A DNA stretch of 64,000 bases from an uncultured Fibrobacteria bacterium. GTDB lineage: Bacteria > Fibrobacterota > Fibrobacteria > UBA11236. Shown here in pieces: positions 10,036-20,134 of this stretch. Positions within the stretch are counted from its first letter, which is position 1. Each line of letters begins with the position of its first letter. The translations under genes and the position numbers were made by a program. Under the pieces are notes generated by a model. The model ran no database searches and had not been told where the DNA came from. It worked only from the letters and a program-made list of their open reading frames with translations. The DNA lies in assembly GCA_963716395.1 (NCBI GenBank), contig OY970309.1:3168001-3232000 (forward strand). Direction: 5' to 3'.

Positions 10036-12200
10036 TCAGCGGATGCGGATTTTTTGACCCGGCCGCAGCAGTTCGGTCAGGTGGGCGTTCAAACGTTTCA
10101 ATTCATCCACGGTTTTGCCGAAGCGTACGGAAATGTCCCACAGGCTATCGCCCGCTTTGACCCGGTAAAATTGATGGGTCCCGTCGACGGCGTCGATATT
10201 CATAGCCACCGAGGCGGCCGAGGCTTCGCGCACCTCATCCGTATCGTCTTCGGAAGTCGCGTTGCCGCCCTGGTCCGGGGCGGGTTGCGGCGCCAAGTAG
10301 ACTAAGCTTTGTCCGGCGCGAAGGGCCGATCCGCGCACGCCGTTCCAATGCCGCAAATCCGCTTGGCGGACGCCGAGTTGCCGGGAAATCGAATACAGGG
10401 ATTCTCCCGCACGCACGTGATACGTGCTCCAGTGGCCCTGTTGGCCCGGCGCGGGCGCCGGAGTTCGGCCGGCGTCACGGTCCGGACCGGCGTCGGCTTC
10501 GGACTGGGGAATGCGCAGGGTCCGTCCCGCACGCAGGACGGTAGAGGGCGCCATGCCGTTGGCGGCGCGCAGCGTGTGGACCGAGACGCGGAAACGGCGG
10601 GCGATGTCATATAGGGTTTCGCCCCGCTGCACCTTGTAACGGCCGGTCACGCGGATTTTCGCCGGACTGGAAGACTCCGCGTCGTCGCCCTGGGCGGCAC
10701 CGTCCGAGACGGGCAGAATCAAGGTCCGGCCCGCGCGCAAAAAGGTTCCGCGTAAATGGTTGGCCGATTGGATGGAGGCCACCGAAACCCCATAATGCGC
10801 CGCCAGCGTGGAAAGGTTGTCGCCCGAACGCACCACGTGCCGGCGCCATACGGCAACCGCGGCCGTATCGAGTTTGCCGCGATTGGCCTCGAAGAGCGGG
10901 CGGCTTCCCGCCGGTAATTTCAGGCAAAAATCATTTCGCCCGGGAGGCGTGCACCAACGGCGCAACGCCGGATTCAAATCGCGAATCGAATCTTCGGAAA
11001 CCCCCACCGCTTTGGCGATGCTGTGCAGCGAATAGGCATGCTGCACCACGGCGGTATCGTATTGCAAAGGCGGCGCATGCACCGAATCGGCGAAGCCGAA
11101 GACGGTGGGATTGTGGCCGATGATCATGGCGGCCAGAATCTTGGGCACGTAGAAGCGGGTTTCTTCGGGCAAATCCATATCCCAGAATCCGAGGGTGGAA
11201 TCGGACTGCCGGAGTTTTTCAATGCGGCCTTCGCCGCAATTGTAGGCCGCCATGGCCAGCGACCAGTCACCGAATTCGGAATACAAATCTTCGAGGTAGT
11301 CCAGGGCGGCCTTGGTGGACGATTCGGGATCGCGCCGCGGATCGACCCACCAATCATCGTTCAAGCCGTAGCGCCTGGCCGTGCTGCCTACGAATTGCCA
11401 CAACCCGCTGGCATTGGCATGGCTCCAGGCTTTGGGATTGAAGCCGCTTTCCACCATGGCCAGATAAATCAAATCCTTGGGCATGTGCCGCTCGCTGAGC
11501 CGCCGGGTAATGAGATCGGCATAACGGCTTTTCCGTGCCAGCCAACGCGTGAAATAACCGCGGCCCGGACCCGTGAACACCTCGATGGCCTGCAAGACGC
11601 GCGGGGGCAAGGGCGAAGGCAGCGGCAGATCGAAATTGCGATCCGCCAGCTTGCGCAGCATGGGGTCGAGGTTTTTCAGGGCCGAATCGGGGACCTCTTC
11701 GATTTGCTGGTTTATAAAATCGGAGAGATCCTGCGCCGTTCCCAGACGCGTGGTTTGGGCCACGGCCTGCACCAGCCAGGTTTGCACCGTGTCCTGGTAG
11801 GTCCGGTCGGCAGCCAGCATGGAGGCGCTCAGCGAATCCGAAGAGGCGAGGTCGGTCAATTGCACCATGGCGCTATCGAAGTATTCGGCGGCGTCGAACC
11901 AGTCGGAATCATCCAGGCTTTCGCGGCCCATTTGGATGAATTCGGCGGCGTCGGAGGCGAGGTCCGAAGACAAAAATGCGGTGTCGACGGGAACTGTTTT
12001 TACGACGGCTGGGGCGGCTGCAGAGTCATGTTGGGGAGCAGCGGACGCTACGACATCGGCCCGGTGTGGAGAACCGGCGCAGCCTATCCACAAAGGCGCG
12101 CACAGCGCGCCTGCGGCCAGCCAACCGGGGAACCATGCCGGGATGACGGACCCGGCTTCGGTGTCACTCTTCGAAATCCAAATCCTCGGCGTAATCATTC
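10036..12200 (-). CDS. mltD: MltD-like lytic transglycosylase (SLT domain) with four LysM domains, probable lipoprotein; start uncertain
   Basis: YLAMVESGFNP, ASGLWQF, LAMAAYNCGEG, ETRFYVPK. LysM repeats HVVRSGDNL, YKVQRGETL, YHVRAGESL, YRVKAGDSL. Lipobox-like LWIGC. Confidence 0.88.
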
Positions 12201-12376
12201 CACATGTCTGATTTCTTGAATTTGGGATTGTCGAAATCGACTTCCTCATTTTCGTCGTCTGCACCATCATCGTCGTCGGCGCCTTCCTCCTCGTTTTCGA
12301 AAGGCTCCAAATCGTCAAAGTCGTCATGTTTCGGACGCCGTCCAAAATGCCATGACGACCTGTCGCCGGATTTCAT
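12164..12376 (-). CDS. Small highly acidic protein (70 aa)
   Basis: ORF with a GGGAGG RBS and an upstream sigma70-like promoter; 28 of 70 residues are D/E. Confidence 0.65.
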   Translation of the reverse strand: MKSGDRSSWHFGRRPKHDDFDDLEPFENEEEGADDDDGADDENEEVDFDNPKFKKSDMWNDYAEDLDFEE

Positions 12377-12416
12377 ACCACCCTCCCCGTTCGCAAGGAA
12401 TGCCTATTTCCCCGCA

Positions 12417-12444
12417 AATATATCTTGGGCACATTAAATGTCAA
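12417..12444 (-). promoter_or_regulatory. Sigma70-like promoter for the acidic protein-mltD-sppA unit
   Basis: TTGACA-N16-TATATT on the minus strand, about 40 nt upstream of the ATG at 12376. Confidence 0.55.
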
Positions 12445-12475
12445 GAACTTCCTCCACATTGTTCGGTCCACTGCC

Positions 12476-14089
12476 TCATTGCTTGCTCACGAAATGCAGC
12501 GGGAAGGTAACAGGCAGATCGCCGTGGGCTCCGGGGTCAGGCTCGAATTTCCAGCGGCGCAGGTTTTGCAGGATGTCGGCGATAAACGGCGCAACGGTGA
12601 TGGTGCTTTTTTCGGCCACCACTTCCGCGTTACCGACGGCCCCCGAAGGCTCGATATAAATGCGTACGGTCAGATCCCCTTCGAAAACCGCTCCTTTTCT
12701 CAACCACTTTTGATACAAAAATTCCAATTCGCCCTGGTTTTCCGAAAGTACCTGCAAGATGGCTTCGCGGCGCAGGGGATCTTCTTGAATACGGCGGGCA
12801 TGGGCGCGTTGCGCCCGTAATTCGGCCTTTTCGGCTTCCGCGATCTTGTCGGCGCGCAAGGCCACGGCCTCTTCACGCGGTTTTGGGGCGGTCGGCGGAG
12901 CCGCGGTTTGTGTCAAGGTACTGTCATTCACCTTCTCCAGCTTATCGGATGGCAGGGACAGTTCCTTCTCCGGCATGGATTGCAAACCGTGCCATTTGGC
13001 TGCGCTCAAGGGGTTTTCCGGCAATTGTACCCGGGTAAAATTTTGCAGGCGATCCAAGAACTTCACGTCTTGGTATTGCTTGATTTTTTTCAGGGCTTCT
13101 TGCTCCAATTGCTTGTCATTCTCGTACACCCGGCCCAGCAAATACAGGCGGCGGCTGGCTTTGCGGGCAAAAGGTGATTCGGGATGATCTTTCAGCAGTT
13201 CCTGGTAAATGGCTGTGGCCGAACTGTCGAACCCGACTTCTTCCTGCGCGCGCGCATACAGATACCGGCCTTCCAGCCGGTCGGCTGAAGACAGCTCCGG
13301 CTGCGACAAGGCCTTTCCCAATTGTTCCAGGGCGCCGGTGTAATCGGCGAGTTGCAAAAGTTGGCGGCCATAGGCCAGGGGGCTTTGCCGCGTCTTTTTC
13401 GCCAACTCCAGTTGCTGTTGCAGATTCTGAATCGTGGCTAAAAAGCGCTTGGCGGTTTCACTTTCTTCGCTGCCGGGAGCGACGGTTTCGACCCGGCGAA
13501 AATCGCCGGAGGCCAAGTCGTATTCGCTCAGAAGGCTGAGGCAGAATCCGCGGTGCAGGAGCAAGGTGGCCTGTAAATCCGGCCCGGTGCCGCCGCCGTC
13601 GAGCACCCGGGTGTAGACACGGATGGCCTGATCGTATTTGCGGGCCTGCTCGTATACGAATCCCACCTCCAAATCCTTGCGGGTGCGCACGGAGACGGGA
13701 CGCAGAGTTTGGTGTTTGCCCAGCAGAAAATTCACCGCGCCGATCACCGCACCCACCACCCGGTCGCCCAGGGCATGTTGCGAAGCCGAGGCGGTGTCGA
13801 CCCAGGCCGTGGCCGACAGCGCCCGCATTTTCAGTTCGAGCGCGGCCTCGTCTTCATCGGGAAGATCCTTGCGGTGGCGGATGAGATCGAAGCGCGCCAG
13901 CATGCTCAGGGTATGGCTGGCGTTGTATTTCTGCGACAAGGTCTCCATGGCGCGGTTGAACTCCCGCATGCGGTAGTCGATCACCACCTCGTTGGTATAA
14001 ATGCTCAAAAATATGAAGAGGCCGATGAGCAACAGCGGTCGGAGGGTGAACCAGAAATTCGCTAGGCTGCCGACTTGTTTTTGCTGCAT
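12476..14089 (-). CDS. Membrane-anchored TPR protein with C-terminal TonB-C / AgmX-PglI-like domain
   Basis: N-terminal TM helix, several TPRs and a Pro-rich linker, then ELEFLYQKWLRKGAVFEGDLTVRIYIEPSGAV...RRWKF...VTFPLHF. Confidence 0.75.
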   Translation of the reverse strand: MQQKQVGSLANFWFTLRPLLLIGLFIFLSIYTNEVVIDYRMREFNRAMETLSQKYNASHTLSMLARFDLIRHRKDLPDEDEAALELKMRALSATAWVDTASASQHALGDRVVGAVIGAVNFLLGKHQTLRPVSVRTRKDLEVGFVYEQARKYDQAIRVYTRVLDGGGTGPDLQATLLLHRGFCLSLLSEYDLASGDFRRVETVAPGSEESETAKRFLATIQNLQQQLELAKKTRQSPLAYGRQLLQLADYTGALEQLGKALSQPELSSADRLEGRYLYARAQEEVGFDSSATAIYQELLKDHPESPFARKASRRLYLLGRVYENDKQLEQEALKKIKQYQDVKFLDRLQNFTRVQLPENPLSAAKWHGLQSMPEKELSLPSDKLEKVNDSTLTQTAAPPTAPKPREEAVALRADKIAEAEKAELRAQRAHARRIQEDPLRREAILQVLSENQGELEFLYQKWLRKGAVFEGDLTVRIYIEPSGAVGNAEVVAEKSTITVAPFIADILQNLRRWKFEPDPGAHGDLPVTFPLHFVSKQ

Positions 14090-14142
14090 CAAGGCCTCGC
14101 CGGCTGGATTTCGCGTTGTGATCGCCGTCGCGCGCAAACCAT

Positions 14143-15456
14143 TCAGGAGGTGCGGCGGTCCATGGCGTACGAACTGCCGCCGGATTTCTTTTTCACGAAT
14201 TTTTTCATCTCCGCGGCGATGGAGACGATCATACGGTGATCGCTGATCTTACGAAAGTGGTTGCTGGCCACCGCCAGCGAAATCGACATAAGGGGAAAGC
14301 GCACCTTGTGTCCCTGACGGTCCACCGAATCGATGAACCCCTGCTTGGCGTCGGCATCGTTATAGAACTGGCGCACGCCGCCGTCGAAGGCGGCCACAAT
14401 GCCTTTGCAGATCTCTTCCCAATTTTCAAACCGGGTGATGAGCACGAAGTCATCGCCGCCTTCATGCCCCACGAAGGTGGAGGGATCGCCTAGGCGCTGC
14501 GCGGTGTCGAGAAAGCAGTCGCGGGTGAACAAAATGGCGTCGTCGCCTTTGGAGAAGCCGTATTTGTCATTGTAGGCTTTGAAGTTGTCGAGGTCGGCGT
14601 AAATGACGGCGAACTCCTGCCCGCTGCGCAGGCGCGCGTCGATTTGCGCGATGATGGTGGTGTTGCCGGGTAATCCCGTCAGGGGGTTGGCGCCTTTGGC
14701 CTCTTCGCGGATGCGCACCAGGTTCATCACCATTTCATTGAACGACGAGGCCAACATGCCGATTTCGTCCTGCTGGCGGATTTCGATGCGCTGGGAGAAA
14801 TCGCCCTTGGAGATTTCATGCGTGGCGTGTTCCAGGCGGGTGATGGGGTTCAGGACCAGGCGGCGGAGAAAGAGGGCGAAGATCACCTGCAGGAAAACCA
14901 CCAGCAAGGTGACCAGCAGGCACAGGCGCAGGAGCACATTGCGATCCTGTTCCAGGCTTTTGATGCGCAGGGGTGTGCGCAGCACCACCGCTTGGCCGCC
15001 CGCCAGGGTCAAGGGAATGTACAGGTCGATGCGGCGCTGGGCGATATGGATGTCATGCAGAAATTCTTTGTCCTCCAGTTCGCTGCGGGCCACGGCGCGT
15101 TGCAACAGCCCCTTCACGGCGTCGGTGGCCGCCGCCAGACCGGCGGGTTGGGAGAACAAGACCTTGCCGTCTTCGGTATACACCCACAAGGTGTCGGCGC
15201 CTTCCTGGGCGAAGGAGCGCACCAATCCGGCGAAGGCTTCGGGTTGGCTGCCGTCGCCCCAGGCCGTGCTCAGGCCCGACGCGATTTGCGCCAGGCGCAC
15301 CGATTGGTTTTCGCTTTCCAACTGCTGGCTGCGGGTGATGAGATCGCTTTGGTTCTCCCAGATGATGAAATTGAAAATCGAGACCAACATTACGGTCAGC
15401 ACGATGTACAGCATCGCCGTCTTGTACGACAGCGAATTGCGCCGGATGCCTAACAT
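14143..15456 (-). CDS. Membrane HAMP-GGDEF diguanylate cyclase
   Basis: Two TMs; HAMP (PITRL...DEIGMLASSFNEM); NPLTGLPGN, YADLDNFKAYNDKYG, GHEGGDDF. Confidence 0.88.
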   Translation of the reverse strand: MLGIRRNSLSYKTAMLYIVLTVMLVSIFNFIIWENQSDLITRSQQLESENQSVRLAQIASGLSTAWGDGSQPEAFAGLVRSFAQEGADTLWVYTEDGKVLFSQPAGLAAATDAVKGLLQRAVARSELEDKEFLHDIHIAQRRIDLYIPLTLAGGQAVVLRTPLRIKSLEQDRNVLLRLCLLVTLLVVFLQVIFALFLRRLVLNPITRLEHATHEISKGDFSQRIEIRQQDEIGMLASSFNEMVMNLVRIREEAKGANPLTGLPGNTTIIAQIDARLRSGQEFAVIYADLDNFKAYNDKYGFSKGDDAILFTRDCFLDTAQRLGDPSTFVGHEGGDDFVLITRFENWEEICKGIVAAFDGGVRQFYNDADAKQGFIDSVDRQGHKVRFPLMSISLAVASNHFRKISDHRMIVSIAAEMKKFVKKKSGGSSYAMDRRTS

Positions 15457-15555
15457 GCGGTTTCGCCCCATTCGTGAGCCGAACGGGACCACCTGCGAAG
15501 TTCATGATCGTGCATAGGCCGCGCCTCTGGTCGGGGCGGCCGGCCAACCCCAAAA

Positions 15556-17082
15556 TCAACGGCTGCGCTGGCGGCGATCCACTCCGACAATCCCCTGGAG
15601 TTTATCGCTGATCTCCTGGGGCGTGCAAGGCTTCTCGAAAATCCAGAGGCCCAGGTGCCGCCGTAGCTCTTTTTCCGGTTCCGGCAAATCGGCAGACACG
15701 ACCACACCGCAGGGCGTGCCGCCGCTTTTCTCGCCGAGTTGCAAGAGGAAGTAATCCGGACCGAAGCCGCCGCTGCCGTTTTCATTGACGAGCAGAAAAT
15801 CGCGGCCGGGAAGTTTTTCCCAGGACCAGCCGGCGGGATCAGGGCGCAACACTTCCCAGCGCAAACCGGGGTGGGAAGTCGCCGTAAGGCCTTCGAGACC
15901 CGGAACATCGCCGCCGAGATCGAGGAGCAGCACCTTGCGGCTGGGCCGGTGCGCTCCGCCGCCCTTGCGTTTCTCGAGAGGAAACTGCACGATGAATACC
16001 GAGCCTTTGTGGCGCGTCGACTCCACGAAGATTTTGCCGCCGTGCAATTCGACAAAGGATTTGCAAATGGCCAATCCGAGTCCGTGGCCCTTGCCGGGCA
16101 TATTGCTGCCCGAACCCGTATTGAACTTTTCGAAAATGGCTTTGCGGTCGGCCACGGAAATGCCGGGCCCCATGTCCTGAATGGAGAACACCAAGCTGTT
16201 GTTGTGGCGTGCCACGCGCAGCACGATTTCTCCGCTGGCGCGCGTGAATTTGATGGCGTTTCCCAGCAGATTGGTGAGTATGCGCCCCACCTTCTGCACA
16301 TCGAGAAACATTTCGGGTATCGGTTCAGCTTCGACACGCAGGCGGATGCCCTTGGTTTCTGCCAGGCTGCGCAACGCCTGCACCGCATTTTCCACCTCAC
16401 GGGTGAAATTGGTTTTTTCCAACTTGAGCGCGAGTTTCCCCATGCCGATGCGCGCCGAGTCGAGCAAATCGTTGACCATGTCGACCAGGAATTGGCAATT
16501 GCGATGGATGGTGCGGATGGGTTCGAGCTGGGTCGATTGCAGGTTTCCCAGTACCCCTTCCATCAGCAATTCGGCGTAACAAATCATGGCCGCCAGGGGA
16601 CCGCGCAAATCATGCACCGCCATGTGCAGAAATTCGATTTGATGATCCACCTGAACTTGCTGGGCGTCGAGCTGTGATTGGAGCCGCCTGCTGACCGCCT
16701 GCTCGGCCAACAGCCGCGATCGCAACCGCACCAAGGCCTGGAGGCGGGATTTCAAGGCCGAATATTCGGGGTCGGCATCGCCGATAAAGGCAAATCCGGT
16801 TTGGTACAACGAGGCTTTGGTTTCGGCCGGTAAAGGTTGGGGGTGCGCCACCAAGGTCGAACTCAGGGCCAGCAGGGGTGCTGCGGCGTTCCGCGTATCG
16901 GCGACAAATTCCAGCGCCGCTTCCAGGTCCATCAATTGCAGGCAACCCAGCGGCCATTGCGCCAAGTCGGGCGGCGTATCGTGCGACAGCGGAAAACCGG
17001 CCAGGGCGCTTTCCAGCCGCGTTCGAAATTCGCCTTCGCCCATCCGAAGAAAAATTCGCGGTGGGTGAAAAGATCCCGGCAT
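15556..17082 (-). CDS. Cytoplasmic histidine kinase flanked by degenerate receiver-like domains
   Basis: H-box AVHDLRGPL, N-box NLLGNAIKFT, G-boxes DMGPGI and GHGLGLAI. The C-terminal REC-like region has DFLLVN and FEKP. Confidence 0.88.
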   Translation of the reverse strand: MPGSFHPPRIFLRMGEGEFRTRLESALAGFPLSHDTPPDLAQWPLGCLQLMDLEAALEFVADTRNAAAPLLALSSTLVAHPQPLPAETKASLYQTGFAFIGDADPEYSALKSRLQALVRLRSRLLAEQAVSRRLQSQLDAQQVQVDHQIEFLHMAVHDLRGPLAAMICYAELLMEGVLGNLQSTQLEPIRTIHRNCQFLVDMVNDLLDSARIGMGKLALKLEKTNFTREVENAVQALRSLAETKGIRLRVEAEPIPEMFLDVQKVGRILTNLLGNAIKFTRASGEIVLRVARHNNSLVFSIQDMGPGISVADRKAIFEKFNTGSGSNMPGKGHGLGLAICKSFVELHGGKIFVESTRHKGSVFIVQFPLEKRKGGGAHRPSRKVLLLDLGGDVPGLEGLTATSHPGLRWEVLRPDPAGWSWEKLPGRDFLLVNENGSGGFGPDYFLLQLGEKSGGTPCGVVVSADLPEPEKELRRHLGLWIFEKPCTPQEISDKLQGIVGVDRRQRSR

Positions 17083-17089
17083 ACGTCCC

Positions 17090-18436
17090 CTACTGGGATT
17101 GAAGTTTGTATTCGTGCAGCTTGTTTCGCAAGGTGCGAATGCTGATTCCCAACATGTCCGCGGCTCGGGTGCGGTTCTGGGCGCAGGCTTCCAGGGTTTT
17201 CAGAATCAACTGCCGCTCGGCGTCGGCCACGGTCATCCCCGCGGAGAGCGCAGCCTGGCGGCCGGACTCGGATTCGGGGCGGGACTCATCCAGCCGCAAA
17301 TGCTCCACGCCGATGTCCCGGCTCTTGGCGAAAACCACCGCGCGCTGGATGACGTTTTCCAGTTCGCGCACGTTGCCGGGCCAGGTGTGCCGGCGAATGC
17401 GCTCCAGGGCTTCGGCGTTGAGGCCGGGCACGGTGAACCCGTTTTCACGATTGTACTTGGCAATGAAATGCTGCGCCAAGGCCTCAAGGTCTTCCCGGCG
17501 TTCGCGCAGGGGCGGCGAACGCAAGGGGATCACGTTGAGGCGATAGTAGAGATCTTCACGAAAACTTCCCTTGTCGACTTCGGCGCGCAGGTCGCGGTTG
17601 GTCGTGCAGAGCACGCGCACGTCGACCGGAACCTCTTCGTCACCACCCACCTTGGTGACTTCGCGCTCTTGCAGCACGCGCAGCAGTTTGGCCTGGGCAT
17701 GCAGCGGCATCTCGCCGATTTCATCCAGCAGGAGGGTACCCCCGTTGGCCAACTCGAATTTTCCCACCCGGGTTTTGACCGCGCTGGTGAAGGCGCCTTT
17801 TTCATGCCCGAACAATTCGCTTTCGACCAGGGCTTCGGGCATGGCGGCGCAATTGATTTTCACGAAGGGCAAGCTGCTGCGGCGGCTGCGGGCATGAAGG
17901 GCCTGGGCCAGCAATTCCTTGCCGGTTCCCGACTCGCCGGTGATGAGTACGGTGGAATTGGATTCGGCCACTTCGTCCACCTGCCGCAGCAGCTCGGCCA
18001 CGGCCGCCGAAGCGCCCACGAAGCGGTAGCGCTCGGAAAGCGCCTCGCGCAGACGCCGGTTCTCGCGCTTGAGCTGGCGCAGGTTCAGGGCCTGCGCCAC
18101 GGTATGCTCAAGTATTTCCACCTCGAAGGGCTTTTCGATGAAGTCCTGCACCCCCAATTTCATGGCTTTGACGGCGGTGCCGATGCTGCCATAGGCCGTC
18201 ATCAGCACGATGGCCAGCCCCGGTTCGGCGCCCAGCAGGCGCTCGGCCAGTTCCAGGCCGTTCGGGCCGGGCATTTTGAAGTCGGAGACCACCAGGTCGA
18301 AGCGCCCGGGTTCAAAGGCTTCGAGAGCTTCGGAGCCGTTGCGGCACAGTTTGACCCGATGGCCGAGCCGGGTCAAGCTCACGTTCAGGAATTCGCGCAG
18401 AATTTCTTCATCGTCGACGACGAGGATTTCAGCCAT
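17090..18436 (-). CDS. Sigma54-dependent response regulator (NtrC family, FleR/FlrC-like)
   Basis: REC (ILVVDDE, DLVVSDFKMP); AAA+ (GESGTGKE, ELFGHEKGAFTSA, LLDEIGE, WPGNVRELEN); Fis HTH (NRTRAADMLGISIRTLRNKL). The true start is the ATG at 18436. Confidence 0.93.
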   Translation of the reverse strand: MAEILVVDDEEILREFLNVSLTRLGHRVKLCRNGSEALEAFEPGRFDLVVSDFKMPGPNGLELAERLLGAEPGLAIVLMTAYGSIGTAVKAMKLGVQDFIEKPFEVEILEHTVAQALNLRQLKRENRRLREALSERYRFVGASAAVAELLRQVDEVAESNSTVLITGESGTGKELLAQALHARSRRSSLPFVKINCAAMPEALVESELFGHEKGAFTSAVKTRVGKFELANGGTLLLDEIGEMPLHAQAKLLRVLQEREVTKVGGDEEVPVDVRVLCTTNRDLRAEVDKGSFREDLYYRLNVIPLRSPPLRERREDLEALAQHFIAKYNRENGFTVPGLNAEALERIRRHTWPGNVRELENVIQRAVVFAKSRDIGVEHLRLDESRPESESGRQAALSAGMTVADAERQLILKTLEACAQNRTRAADMLGISIRTLRNKLHEYKLQSQ

Positions 18437-19688
18437 GCAAAGAGCCTCGCGGATCCAGACGCACCTCGAAGCGGGTCGGACCGCCGGCGCGGCTGCACAC
18501 TTCGATGCGTCCGCCGTGCAAATCGACGATGCGCTGCACGATGGCCAGACCCAGACCGGTGCCCTGTTGCTTGGTGGTGAAAAAGGGGTTGAAGATCTGT
18601 TCGCGGATGTCGTCGGGAATGCCCGGCCCTTGATCGGTGATGGACAGCCGCAGAAAATCGTCGGCATCAAGCTCGGCGGCGACCATGATCACCCCGCCCT
18701 GTTCGCCCGTGGCCTGCACGGCGTTGACCAGGAGGTTGAGCAATACCTGCTGCAATTTTTCCGGATCGATCAACGCTTCGAGCCGGGCAAAGCCGTAGCG
18801 GCGTTCAATGCGCAAGGAGCGGCCGTCGGCCGTGGCTTCGGCCTCGACCGACCGCAACAGCTCTTCGAGCCAGGCCAGAAGTTCCACCTTGCGCAGTTGC
18901 AATTCCAGCGGTCGGGTGTACACCAGCAGGTTCGACACGATTTTGTTCAGGCTGGCCACGCCGTGCACGATGCGATCCACCAGGACGCGGCGGCGGTCGC
19001 CGGTTTCGAGGTCGCGCAGCAGCAGGCCCGCGAAGCCGCCGATGCCGCCCAGCGGATTGCGGATTTCATGCGCCACGGTGGCGGCCATTTCGCCCAGGGC
19101 CGCCAAGGTGCGCGCATGCTGCACCTGCCGCTCCATGAGTTTGTAGGCGGAAAGATCCGAACTCACCTCCACCGCGCCCAGCACGGCGCCGGCCCGATCT
19201 TTGACCAGGGAGGTCGTATACCCGATGGGTTTGCGCGTTCCCCCGATGCTCCAGCCTTTTTCATGCCCGGATGAGTTTTTACCCGTGCGTAAGGTGACCA
19301 GCAGCGGGAAATGCCCGTCGGCTTGATCGGTAAAGACCGTGCGGTAATCTGTGCCGCGCGCGGCGGCGGCGTCCACTCCGTAAATGCGTTCGGCTGCGGG
19401 ATTGAACAAGGTGATATGCTCGTCGCCGTCCACCATGACCACGGCCGAGTCCAGGCTTTCCAAAACCGACTGCATTTGGTTTTGCACCCGTTCGGTTTCG
19501 CCGAGCGCGGCTTCCAGGCGCTGGTTCTTCTCGGCCAATTCGCGCGAGATGCGATCGAATTTGACGCCGAGATCGCGGTAGGCCGACTCCAGGCGGCCTA
19601 CCGTGGCGTTGAACCAGCCCATGACCTCCGCGAACCGTTCCTGGGCTTGCGGCGGAAGCTCCTGCAGACTTTGCGGAGGCGACGCCAT
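18429..19688 (-). CDS. PAS-domain sensor histidine kinase (FleS/FlrB-like)
   Basis: N-terminal coiled coil (FNATVGRLESAYRDL); PAS (FNPAAERIYG); LGEMAATVAHEIRNPLGGI; FNPFFTTKQQGTGLGL. Start is the ATG at 19688. Confidence 0.9.
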   Translation of the reverse strand: MASPPQSLQELPPQAQERFAEVMGWFNATVGRLESAYRDLGVKFDRISRELAEKNQRLEAALGETERVQNQMQSVLESLDSAVVMVDGDEHITLFNPAAERIYGVDAAAARGTDYRTVFTDQADGHFPLLVTLRTGKNSSGHEKGWSIGGTRKPIGYTTSLVKDRAGAVLGAVEVSSDLSAYKLMERQVQHARTLAALGEMAATVAHEIRNPLGGIGGFAGLLLRDLETGDRRRVLVDRIVHGVASLNKIVSNLLVYTRPLELQLRKVELLAWLEELLRSVEAEATADGRSLRIERRYGFARLEALIDPEKLQQVLLNLLVNAVQATGEQGGVIMVAAELDADDFLRLSITDQGPGIPDDIREQIFNPFFTTKQQGTGLGLAIVQRIVDLHGGRIEVCSRAGGPTRFEVRLDPRGSLHG

Positions 19689-19693
19689 AAAGC

Positions 19694-20134
19694 CTACCAC
19701 CCCGCCCGGTAGCGGCTTACGCGTGCGGCGATATCGCCCGTGTCGCCGCCCGTCTCGGCCGGAGCTTCGAATTGTTCGCGGTGACGCTTTTGAATTTCTG
19801 CGGCCGCGCTTTCCATGGCGTCGAGCAATTCGCCTACCGGTCCCGCGCGCAAGGCTTCGCGTTCCTCCGCGGAAAAGCCCTGCCACCGTTCCATCATGGG
19901 CTGCAATTCGTGCCGCCGCTCTTCGAGGGTATGCAAAACTTCGCGCTGATGCCGCAGGAGGCCGTCGAGGTCGCCGAACACCCCGGAGCGTACGCATTCC
20001 ATGGCCTGCGACTGAATGCCGTCCAATTCCCGGAACAACTCCGCTTCCTGGCGCAGAAGTTCGGTGAAGAGGTCGCGGAATTCGCCGTGGTCGTTAATGC
20101 AAAACCCCCTGATACTCCTTGCGCCAAACGGCAT
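19694..20134 (-). CDS. Small helical protein, FlgN-like flagellar export chaperone; start uncertain, probably near 20100
   Basis: Amphipathic all-helical ORF (LLRQEAELFREL...GDLDGLLRHQREVLHTLEERR) filling the gap between two operon genes. Confidence 0.5.
   Translation of the reverse strand: MPFGARSIRGFCINDHGEFRDLFTELLRQEAELFRELDGIQSQAMECVRSGVFGDLDGLLRHQREVLHTLEERRHELQPMMERWQGFSAEEREALRAGPVGELLDAMESAAAEIQKRHREQFEAPAETGGDTGDIAARVSRYRAGW

Noticed and set aside
12201-12345. N-terminal extension of mltD in the ORF track
   Set aside because: It is an alternative frame of the acidic small gene, and the lipoprotein signal lies downstream.
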